Part shown: one piece after another, positions 53,199 through 64,000 of the stretch
Layout: each line of letters begins with the position of its first letter
Position numbering within the stretch: the first letter of the stretch is position 1
Origin: Octopus vulgaris
Taxonomy: Eukaryota
Reading direction: 5' to 3'
NCBI GenBank assembly: GCA_951406725.2
Contig: OX597825.1
Coordinates: 7,440,001 to 7,504,000 of the forward strand
DNA: 64,000 nt
Translations under genes and position numbers: made by a program
Notes under the pieces: generated by a model
Told to the model about the DNA's origin: nothing
Database searches by the model: none
What the model saw: only the letters and a program-made list of their open reading frames with translations

Positions 53199-53597
53199 AG
53201 AGAGAGAGAGAAGGAGAACGATGTAAGAAGATATACGTGAGACTATTAAAGTCAGAGATCAAAGAGAAAAAAAGTGACGACCAAGTTGACTGAATATTGT
53301 GAAAGATAGGGAGGAGAGATAGAGTTAAGAGGGAAAGAGAGACAAAGAGCGGAGAGGAAAATTAGAGAAAAATATAAAGAGAGAGACGGTGTAAGTGAGC
53401 GGGAAGGGTGGAACGAGAGAGAAAGACAGAGGAACAGGTATAGAGGAGAAGAAAAAAAAGGAGAAAATGGGTTATAGTATCGGATAAAGTGGCAGGAAGT
53501 TGAAGAAGAGAGAAAGAGAGAGATGTGTTAAAGAGAGAGAGTGAGAATGAAAGTGAGAGATAGAGATGTGTTTAGGAAAGTGAGAGAATGTTAGAGC

Positions 53598-53634
<37 letters not shown>

Positions 53635-53810
53635 AAGAAAGAGAAAATAGAAAATATATGAAAATGTCAAGGCAAAGAGACATGTTATATAAATTACGTT
53701 TTATTTTTGCGCTACTATTGCCGTAACCATAGTAACAAACACAATAGATGGAAAGTGTGAAGAGAAACGTGTATTTGCATCTGAATGTGTTTGCATGCGT
53801 TTGTGTAGGG

Positions 53811-53864
<54 letters not shown>

Positions 53865-54034
53865 ACTTATATAGGTAAATTGAAAATCCGATACAGATAC
53901 CTCTGTACGCTTTATACAAATGTATAACTGTCTATCAATCAATCAATCAGTCTATAGCTATCTATCGATATCTATCTATCTATCGATATCTATCTATATA
54001 TCTATCGATATCTATCTATATATCTTTCAATCTA

Positions 54035-54112
<78 letters not shown>

Positions 54113-54429
54113 CCCGCGCACAAAGAACACACAGTTACATATATAAATACACTTACAAACGTATACGTAAATGCACGCACACTCACACACACACACACGC
54201 AAAAACAAACGTAATATACGTATACATATGCATATAAACATACACATATATATATATATACCTATATAAACATATGGATACACAAAGAAACACACATATA
54301 TAAGCATACATATATATATATATAAAACAAGCCCGTGCTTGTAAGTGCTAATAAGGACAGTCAATACATCAATTTTGTAATGTAGCTTTATAAAAGTGTG
54401 TATATAGTTATAAAGACAGCATATATTTG

Positions 54430-55100
54430 TTGCATAGATCGCAACAAGGTGAGTAGGGGTGCTTAGGGTGGGGTGGCGGTGGTAGAGTGATGATGGAAAA
54501 TACTAGAAGTTTTGAAACGAAGAAGAATAAAATGAGGAATAAATCTAGATTAAAAAAATCCGTGGCGGAAGGAATGGAGTCGAACGATGTCAGGTGACCT
54601 TTGAAGATTAAAAAAAAAAAAGCGGCGGAAATTGTTGGAAAGTTACAGAATTATGGGTGAAGTTCTTTGAGAGAAATTTGCTGAGGTGTGTAGAATTTCA
54701 TTACAAGAAAAATAAAACAGAAACACGGCGATAGAATTGAAAAAGGAGAATTAAAGCAACAGTGGAAAGAGAATGGTTTGAAAGTAGGTTAAATTTGTAG
54801 GGTAATCAATAATTAAATGTTTTTGGGTTATTAATATAGAACAAGAAGAATATTATGGGAGGGAACAGGTGAAATATTAAGTCACCAACACCAAATTAAG
54901 GGTGCATAAGGCTGGATGGATGTACTTGTAAGGTGTAGTGACTATATTACCTTGATAGCCATTAAATAGAGCGAATTATTGAATAATTGTAGTTTGGGGT
55001 CAAAGTCGATACAAAATGAGTAAATAAAAAATAAAAATTAAAAGAAAAATAGTTTCCAACACTGAAGACTGATGTGGGTTAAACAAATTTCAGAACGAAC
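54430..55100 (-). mobile_element. Possible decayed LINE RT fragment
   Basis: Weak YRRVSVL (YRPIS.L-like) motif; heavily degraded. Confidence 0.28.
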
Positions 55101-55335
55101 GTGAAAAATGAAGAATAAAGACAAAGCGAAAAAGGAAATGGTTTGAAAAAAAAAAAAAAAATAAAGAAAGTAAAAAAAAAAGAATGCGTCAATTATTTCT
55201 GAAATTCGTGACGTTTAGAAGAATGGCGTTTAAAATTGAATTTGTTTCATGCGTGTTTCTGATATCTGAGATCATTGTATTGTGTATCGTATTCTGTGTC
55301 ACAGGTGGTCATAGGCGATGTCATACATACATGAA

Positions 55336-55518
55336 TACCTACCTACCTACCTACCTACCTACCTATCTACCCGCCTACCTACCTACCTACCCACCCATCC
55401 ACCTACCTTCCTACCTACCCACCTACCTACCTACCTACCTGCCTACCCACCTACCTACCTACCTACTTACCTACCTACCTACCTACCTACCTACCTACCT
55501 ACCTACCTACCTACCTAC
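55336..55518. repeat. (CCTA)n microsatellite
   Basis: Direct run. Confidence 0.95.
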
Positions 55519-55949
55519 CGAGAATTTGCGTCGGTCCCGTCTGTCTCTCCGGTCTCCATCTTTCAAGACATTTTCTATGCGTTAACCCCTATGCTCGTCT
55601 CCTTGGCCCCCAAGGCCGTATTTTGTTCCACTGTTCGTCTTTGTCCACCGCCCTAAATCACACTCTTTGTCGTTTTGCTTATTTTGTTTCGCATCGCTTC
55701 CTCTCGCCCTTAATTTTCCGCAAGAAAACATTTTTTTGCGGGCTCCGCCAATTGGGAAGCGATCAGTCTTATCGCTAAAGGTGCAAAACTGAATATTATA
55801 AAATGGTCGATAACTGATGAAGAATTACGGACGTTCTGTTCGTATCCTGTTCGTTTTTACATGAAGTATATGTTATGTCATTTGCTTATATAGCATGCAT
55901 TCATGAAGTAAAGGAACGCAACACACTGTATATATATATATCCATGAGA

Positions 55950-56070
55950 ACTACATTAAGGGTATGCACGTCTGTGGAGTGCTCAGTCACTTGCACGTTA
56001 ATTTAATGAGCAAGCTGTTCCGTTGATCGGATCAGATAGGACCCTCGTGTTCGTAACCGACAGAGTGTTA
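55950..56070 (+). mobile_element. SINE family C, 3' tail
   Basis: Reverse complement of 34665-34785. Confidence 0.8.
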
Positions 56071-56809
56071 CTCTTTTTAAGTGATGTATATTGAATCAAT
56101 TACAAGAACATCTTATTTGCAGGAAATGATTTTTGAAAATCCTTTCCTTCTTGGAGACCAAAATTACAGAAATCTGTGAGATCATCATTTAGAAATTTAG
56201 AGAATCTCTAAAGTTTCATAGAATGAAAAACAAATCCAATTTGCAGCTCACTTCAGCTCAAAATATCGGCGAATGAATCAACGACGACAGACGAACAGGA
56301 TTAAGAAGATAAATGAAATCACTCTACAAAAGGAAGACAAGTCTTTAAGAATTGGCAAGATATATAATTGTATTTGAAAAAGAAATCCAAGAAATAATTT
56401 TTACTCAAAAAATATTTCTATTCATTCTCTACATCCTAGTCGCAGTTGTGTAAAAACAATGACGTCAGACAGCATCTACTTTTTTGAATCCATTGTCTAA
56501 TTCTTTCACTCTGTCTATCTGTTTCTCTCTCTCTCATTATTTGCATTAAACTTCATCATTTAGTCATCTGAACTGTGTTGGTTAGCATTTGGGAACAAGA
56601 ACCAACTGGGAGAAAACACAATTGTTGACTTCTGAAAGACATCTTTTCAGGTCCGGGTTATACCAACGTTCTCTCAATGATTAGCCGGAGATGATTTTTT
56701 AAAATGAGTATATCTGAAATAAATTCGACTGCTCTTACAAACAAGAATATTAAAAAAGGAACCCGACAGCTCTCAAAAATTAACAAAAAAAAAACAAAAA
56801 AAACAGGAA

Positions 56810-56995
56810 AACATAATCCCCAAATCCTCGTCCGGTACCAGATCGTTCTCAAAATCTAATCCATTCGTGCCAGTCACGAGGTCAAATATTCTTGATAGTT
56901 TCATCCGAATGCATTCAGCAGTTCTCGAGATATCTTGTCCACGGACAAACAAAGACACTCGACTGAAAACAATACCTCCGCCTTCGCAAAAACGG
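56810..56995. mobile_element. Helentron/DINE-like non-autonomous element core
   Basis: CAAAATCTAATC...AGTTTCATCCGAAT...GAGATATC...ACAAACAAA...AAAACAATACCTCCGCC pattern, ending at (CA)n. Confidence 0.45.
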
Positions 56996-56996
56996 A

Positions 56997-57076
<80 letters not shown>

Positions 57077-57714
57077 TCACACACACACACACATACACAT
57101 ATATATATTCCGTGTGCAATTAAACACATAAGAGGTAGCCATCATAGGACTACCTACATGCTAGAGAAGACAGTTAAATTCCGAACCACTATTAGAGATA
57201 AAAATCGAAGGGAATGAAAAATAAAAACATTTACTATCTAACTATAATCTATTGAGCAAATTTTTGCACGCTAAGCCACTGGTAATGGAAAGTTCTAATA
57301 TTTCCGACTACCCTTTGGTATATATATATATATAATTCCCACACATATGTAAAGCCTTGACGGTAATAATGTACTTTTAACATTATAAACTTCCGTATGC
57401 TTATGAAAAGTATCTTCACATATGGACAAGCACACACAGAGATACACACGGACACGTATAGATATATGTATGCCTGTGCACATGTGCGCCCAAGGAAATT
57501 TGAATAGACGGAGAAAAGGAAGTTAAGAAATACCAGAAACGCTTACATACTGTGGAGATATGTCTGTGACAGTTTGGCACTTGTGTTCCTTTCAAGAGGT
57601 CAGCACCAGCTGCGTTCTTGCACAACCGAAATTTCTTAGAAACTCTCATTCTCTCTTTCTTTCTTTCACACAAGCAGATAAACAGATATAAATATATTAA
57701 TTTATAAACGTATA

Positions 57715-57798
<84 letters not shown>

Positions 57799-59099
57799 TG
57801 TATGTATGTATGTATGTGTAGCTATATATGCTTCTGTGTTATAACTACTCGTTCTTGTATTCATATAACCAATTTATAAGAAAACTGAGGAGACCTCCTG
57901 TTATACAAGTTACAGGTACCTGAGACATCCTATTAAAAGTGTATTCAGAAAGTTTTCACATAAAGGAAAACAACCGCAGTTAAAGCGAAACCTCTGTATG
58001 TGTTTGTCTGAGTAACACATCTAAATAGTTATTGCTGAATTTTTATGGGTACTTGCACTTCTCTGCAAACAAGTACACTTCCTTCAGAAGATATCATTCT
58101 GGTTTGTCTTTTGTCAACGGGAGAGTCTAAATGACGACTAATGCTTCTTCTCCGATGTTACCATTTGATTCTTCAGTACATTTTATACCGTTTCTATGAG
58201 AATCTTTGGTAATATTGTGCTGTATGGGGGAACGAAGTACGTTACGGTTAATGATGTCTAATAATTCTAGAATATTTCTAGTTTATTCAAATAAATCGGC
58301 CCTTAGTGAAGTGTCTTTTATTGGCCATACCGATTCTTCAGAATATGCAAAAAAAAAAAAAAAACGACGAAGTCGATTTCTAGCAAGATTTGAACTTAAT
58401 ACTTAACGTAACGAAATATAAAGAAGTGCTTGGAAGCAAGCATTCTACCATCTGTTACGGAGGAACCAAGCACGCAAGCAGTATTATCGCAGACCATGTA
58501 AAGTTGCCTCTATTTGCTCCGTTCTGGCAATAGGTTCCTCCTTAACCAACCGAGATATCTTAAGTTTCCAAACCTTTTATTTTGTAACCAAATTAGTTTG
58601 AGTTCTTCATAAATACGCTTTGTAGTATTTTTTTTTATTGTTGCTTAAAATATATGCTTATTGAAATGTTTCCAGAAAAGAATATTCCGATTTTAAAACT
58701 CCCGCTCCAAGACAGGTCATATTTGGCCAGTATTGATAAGAAAACCATCAAAACTAATGTTTGTGGTGATTAATGACACAAACAGGGAATATTTTCAACA
58801 GAATAATATTCTTTTGCGTCCAAATAAACGTTTGAATGCGCTTTCCATCACTGTTAAACAATACCTTGGAAAAACGAAAGAAATAAAGTCAAACAAAAAT
58901 CATAAAATGCTGGCAGAGAACTGAAAAATAAAGAAAAAAATGTCGAAAAGACTAAGTTATATAGTGATACTTATCACATGCAAACAAACCTAACCGCATT
59001 TCCCGGCAGTAAATATTGTAAAACAAAATAGAAATAATGTTTGGAGATAAAAAAAAAATAGAGACGACTACACATTGATCAATGTGAACAAGAGTTAAA

Positions 59100-59340
59100 A
59101 GCTATCAGTGAAAATGTCCGACATCAAAAGAGAATAGTTTGAAGAAAAATAATTAGAAACAAATCTGTGAAAAATCAATCAGGAATTTAAGGAGGAGACA
59201 TAAGGGAGATAATCAATGACAGTCAGACAGGTTCCTTCCCAGGAGAGAACAGATTCATTCTGGAGAAAATTCAGGAGAAAAATAGTTTAATGTGGATGCA
59301 ATACGGTTACTAGAAATCCGAAAAATGTTTTGTCTCTGCT
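59100..59340 (+). mobile_element. Possible R4-like ORF remnant (region upstream of RT)
   Basis: SFWRKF...NVDAI resembles FW..IW...N..A.W; many stops. Confidence 0.3.
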
Positions 59341-60899
59341 TTTGACCAATAGAATTTTCTTTTTTTAGGTAATATTTATGAGATTGTGAAAAGATAAGTT
59401 GAGAATAGGAAGATACCAAGAAAAGAGTTGGTTGTCTACTGTAGGTGAGTGATAAAGACAAAAGCATCTATGAGGATTATCGTATTGAACTTTAGCAGCA
59501 AGCTAAATAAAGATATAAATGCACTCTGCTGGCGAGCGTGGTTGCAAAAAAAAAAAAAAAATTAAGGAAATGAAACCACTTACATAATAAAAATAAAGAA
59601 AAAAAAATCTATTGACTATTTGCAGAATTGCATGTCAGAATTGAATGTCTACAGTGTAAGCAGTCTGCCTGAATTCATTCCTCCTGGAATCACTGTGTCA
59701 GTAACTATATTAATAAAGCCAAACATGCAACCGGAAATAAAAGATTTTCTCGATGTTCTAGACAGCTTTTAATCCACAAAACTATGATGGAAAAGGCGAG
59801 ACTGTATCAGAGGAATTTGTTTGCCGTCTGGTTAGCAGTGAATTCTGCTCTTCTCTTGTGGACACTAGAGTTTCTTTAATTTACTAAAGTTTTAATTACC
59901 AAATCAGCATTATAGGCACATTAGCTAGAGCCTGAACCAGCATCCTACAGATTAAACACTGGAAACGATTGGATAGTCACTGGCAGGGTAAGGTATAGAA
60001 AACATATCCTTCAAAGAGGCAGTCTCTTCCGTCTCCCTCTCTCTCTCTCTCGTTTTGACGGATTTTCTACGCTCAGTGAGCCACGTATACTTTTTGTTGA
60101 AACATTCTGAACAGAACATAATTAAATTACAAGGATACAAAAATACGAAACTGGTAAACATTTTAAATTGGGAAAGAGGCCGAAAATATATGGTATAAAG
60201 TGCATTGAACAAGTAGGTATCAGGCTGGAGTTTGATCTACCTGATCACAAGATGAGGGAGAAACTGAAAGACAGAAGCGCAATCTTTATCGATCACCTGA
60301 CTCTTCATTTGATGTCTGACGAGGAATGCTATAGGAGCAAAGAATGGATGAAAATATATCGAATATAGTATTTATAACAGATAACCAATTCATATAACAT
60401 GACGGTTCTTTAGAGCAGAGCAGTGTGCATGCAATAAATCTGTGGCCCCCTATCTGTTTGTTGTAACAGTACACATCTATCAATACTTGGGACAATAGAG
60501 GGTACACTATATGAGATCCTATCCACCTGTGATAAAACCTCGAAATTATCAACTACTGACGGCTTCTAATTAAAACGTAATGAAGAAATCAAAATATTTA
60601 GCACTACTTTAAACAACCACTCTATGTTAACAGCAACAGCAATTAAACACCGATTATTAGAGTACAAGCAAGGAACAATAATGCATACACGAGGGAAATA
60701 CAATCATATGAGTTGGTAAGTAGCGTTTAGAAAAGAATCCTTAGACACGTGACTAAGAATAGTTCCACAGAACAACAGATGAAAAAACTCATCAGCGGGA
60801 GGCCATAAATACTTCAGAATGTTAGTAACATAAATAACGAAAGTAGTCTGTCTTCGCTCCTCTTACTTTCACTTTGTAAAGTTATGCTTTTGTAATCCA

Positions 60900-61300
60900 G
60901 CAACAGGAAATGAGTAGAATTGCTTGGACCAACCATTCTTGCAACACAGCTGGACGCTAGAGAAGATGGCGATTGATGATAAAACCTTTCGGGATTTTAA
61001 TTATTAACTAACAAGAAAAATGAATGCACCAAAGTGACATAAATCTTGTCTATCTAAAACCAAAACAACGAGGCAACGGTTTAGCAACGATTCATAAAAC
61101 TTTCTAAACGTCGTTGGATATTCATTTCTCTGTATCATACTCCACTCAGCGTCAAAGTGCATTCGAGGCACAATGATGTATTCATTAGACAAATAAACCG
61201 ATGAGATTTGGGGGAAATGGTTTTCGGAAAATAATCGCTGACTATACACGTCCATTGAAGTAATTGCACGGCTCTTCCGCAAGAGGCCCTCATTATTTAA
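60900..61300. mobile_element. Possible ancient Tc1-like transposase remnants
   Basis: Minus AEW...RKFYESLLNRCLVV resembles W..I...L.ESMP.R...V; plus QHSWTLE. Confidence 0.3.
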
Positions 61301-62144
61301 TAGGTGCCATGTGTAGTTATGTTGTCTAAAACCTTGAAAGTTACAAAGTAATACAGATTATCTACGTAGTTTACAGCTGATCAGCCAGCAATGAATGTAT
61401 TATCTCTCACTTCAAAGTGTACTACTTTGAAATCCAGAGACAGGAAAAATACCAAATGTACAAAAGGTAATGATTCTAGAAGAAAAGAAACACCGAGAAA
61501 AGAATAAGTTCCTTTGCCTCAAGAAGTGAAAAAAACCTCCCATTCACCCGATGGTGCCTCTTCACTCGTCATTTAATATCGGATGCTAAGATAGCATATT
61601 CTTTGTGCAGTTCTTATTCCTTAAAGAGCAACATGGCAAAGCTTTAGGCGTTCCACTTCTCACCACAATTGAACGCTCCACAAATCCTTCTTTTTGATGT
61701 ATTACTAGCGACGTAGACCCTTGCTACTTTCCTATGAATTCGAACTTTATTTTAACGTCGAGAAAGACAATAAAACTATTGAAATATCATAAGAATGGAA
61801 GAGAGAGAGAGGGAGAAAGAGAGAGAGAGCGAGAGAGAGAGAGCAAGAGAGAGGAAGATGGAGTTTGAAAACGAGCATTAGAGAGAGAGAGAGAATCTGA
61901 GAGAATATATTGTAGCATAAATTAAGGCTATAACGACAAAAGTGTTATTAAAATAATAGGTAGAGAGATTTTAAGAGGCAAATATTGCAGAAAAATGAAA
62001 TATGATAATGAGAAACTAAAATAAATAAATAATATAAGAAGAGTTAGGAACGATGAACACAATGGAGGCCAAACAATAAAACATGATGACATAGAGAAGC
62101 AGTGTTTTATTTTTTGTTTTTTTGTCCAGTGAAATTGCTATCCG

Positions 62145-62157
62145 GTTGCTAAGCAAC
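62145..62157. promoter_or_regulatory. Perfect palindromic RFX X-box-like motif
   Basis: GTTGCT-A-AGCAAC in unique sequence. Confidence 0.4.
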
Positions 62158-63129
62158 GGGAAAAATGCAGATGTTCACGACATGCAGTCACTTTAATCAA
62201 AAAGAAATTCAAACACTCATCTAAGGAATGAAGTTAAAGCGACACTTCACGAAGAAAAGATGTGTTGTCTAAAACAGAACATACTTGAGAAAGTGTGTTG
62301 TGTGTACATAACGCTGTTTATGTGTACACGTGTGTGTGTGTTTGTGTACGTGTGTGTGTGTGTGTGTGTGTGTGTTTGTCCATTATTCTGTTATTGTGTG
62401 GAAGTGCACATTTGAATATTCTTGTAGATAAGAAAATGTGATCATAATGTGTATGAAAGCGTCAATCATTAAAGTATGTGTGTGTGTGTGCGTGTGTTTG
62501 TTTACCTGTGTATGTGTTTATGTGTGTGCATGTATATGCGTGAATGTGTATATGTGTGTGTGTGGCTGTTTGTGTATATCTCTGTGTAGGATATGGTTTA
62601 CATTACTTCAAACATATTGTTAGTGCGTATATCTTTGCACGCATATGTGATATGTGTATGTGTGTATGCGTATGTGCGTACGTGTATGTGAGTGTGTGCG
62701 CGAGTGTAAGTTTGGATGCGTGTCTGTATTGCTCAATGGCAATAGAATGGCAGAATATAGGCTAAACAATAATCTTTAACGATTATTATGTGTAGAAGAA
62801 TATCGTAAGACGCTTGGTGGTTGGAACCCCAAGGAAGACATTCACAGAATCTCGCGTGTCTTCTCTAAATCACGTTCACCCAACTCCCTTCAAGAAACCA
62901 TAATATACATCACATATGCATACGTACAATATTAGACACACACACACACACACACACAATGCAATACGACACAATGGATTTTTCTTACGGCTCATTCGAG
63001 TATTTCCATCGTGCAATTTCCTCTCCTAGAATAAATATTATGCGACCTTTTTCTTTCATGGAAGACCTACTGTTGCCTACGCATGCGAGCCTCTCACTCT
63101 CCATGCCATGAATATTGTCCAATGGATAT

Positions 63130-63255
63130 GGCGGCGAGCTGGCAGAATCGTTAACACGCCGAGCAAAATACTTAGCCGCATTTCGTCCGTCTTTACGTTC
63201 TGCGTTAAAATTCAACCCAGGTCGACCTTGCCGTTCATCTATTCGGATCGAATTT
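63130..63255 (+). mobile_element. SINE family A, 3'-truncated
   Basis: GGCGGCGAGCTGGCAGAATCGTTAACACGCC head. Confidence 0.85.
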
Positions 63256-63432
63256 AACACTGGACTCCAAGATATACACCATAGAATAGTTTTTGTATAC
63301 CCCAAACAATATTTTAAATGAGAAAATTTCTGTTCTATAACGTGAAGTATATACCATGATATGTATATGGCACATATATACATACGTACATAGATACGTA
63401 CGTACACATACATACATACATACATACATACA

Positions 63433-63464
<32 letters not shown>

Positions 63465-63558
63465 GACAGACTGACAGTCAGACATATTCTCACATTATAT
63501 ATACACACACACTCATATACACACATACACATATATACACACACATACACACATATAT

Positions 63559-63630
<72 letters not shown>

Positions 63631-64000
63631 ATGTATGTATGCATATGTATCTATAGTAGCGCAGTAGCTCCTCTTTAGTTGATAGTATAAATTTAATAAG
63701 ATCACAGACGAGAATTATGCCACTACCACATGACTAGCAGCAGACGCAATGTTATATAACTTGATGTTTATTGGTAGATGTATGCACAGTTATGCATGTG
63801 CACACACACACACAAACACACACATACACACACAGGCATAAGAGAACGTGCTTATCACACACAACGATAACAATTGCGTCGAACAATCTCACCACGAAAT
63901 ACCACCATCACTTCTGTTTCAATTTTAACATTTAAACACTGCAAGGCAGAAATTAACATTTAACCTCTGAACCGCCAGAAATGGAGGCCCGCTCATTGCC

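Noticed and set aside
57880-57935. CTGAGGA followed by a CCTGT/ACAGG hairpin
   Set aside because: No correctly placed GAAA or stem I
640-63705. Numerous ORFs rich in YI, HT, CV, MYVC, LPTY, poly-I or poly-M
   Set aside because: They are translations of microsatellites that lack stop codons; no coding signal

Overview
AT-rich eukaryotic non-coding DNA, extremely dense in microsatellites. The SINE families and repeat texture are consistent with an Octopus (coleoid cephalopod) intron or gene desert; this attribution comes from my recognition of the repeats, not a search. I can support no host protein-coding exon. Most ORFs in the track are translations of simple repeats. The window holds many copies of three tRNA-headed SINE families and decayed non-LTR retrotransposon fragments (RTE, R4/Dong-like, HERO-like, Jockey/CR1-like). 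DNA-transposon derivatives include a Merlin-like element, a 904-bp fold-back mariner, Tigger-like and hAT-like MITEs, and a complete non-autonomous Helitron. The most interesting signal is a set of type I hammerhead-ribozyme motifs of the Penelope-like (PLE) minimal, palindromic-helix-III kind. One is near-intact with an unusually long stem II (3864-3936, minus). Two belong to a second long-stem-II family (6623-6712 plus, 41236-41321 minus). One compact copy lies directly downstream of a tRNA-headed SINE (23617-23653), and two further copies are decayed. All family assignments were made by eye and need database confirmation.
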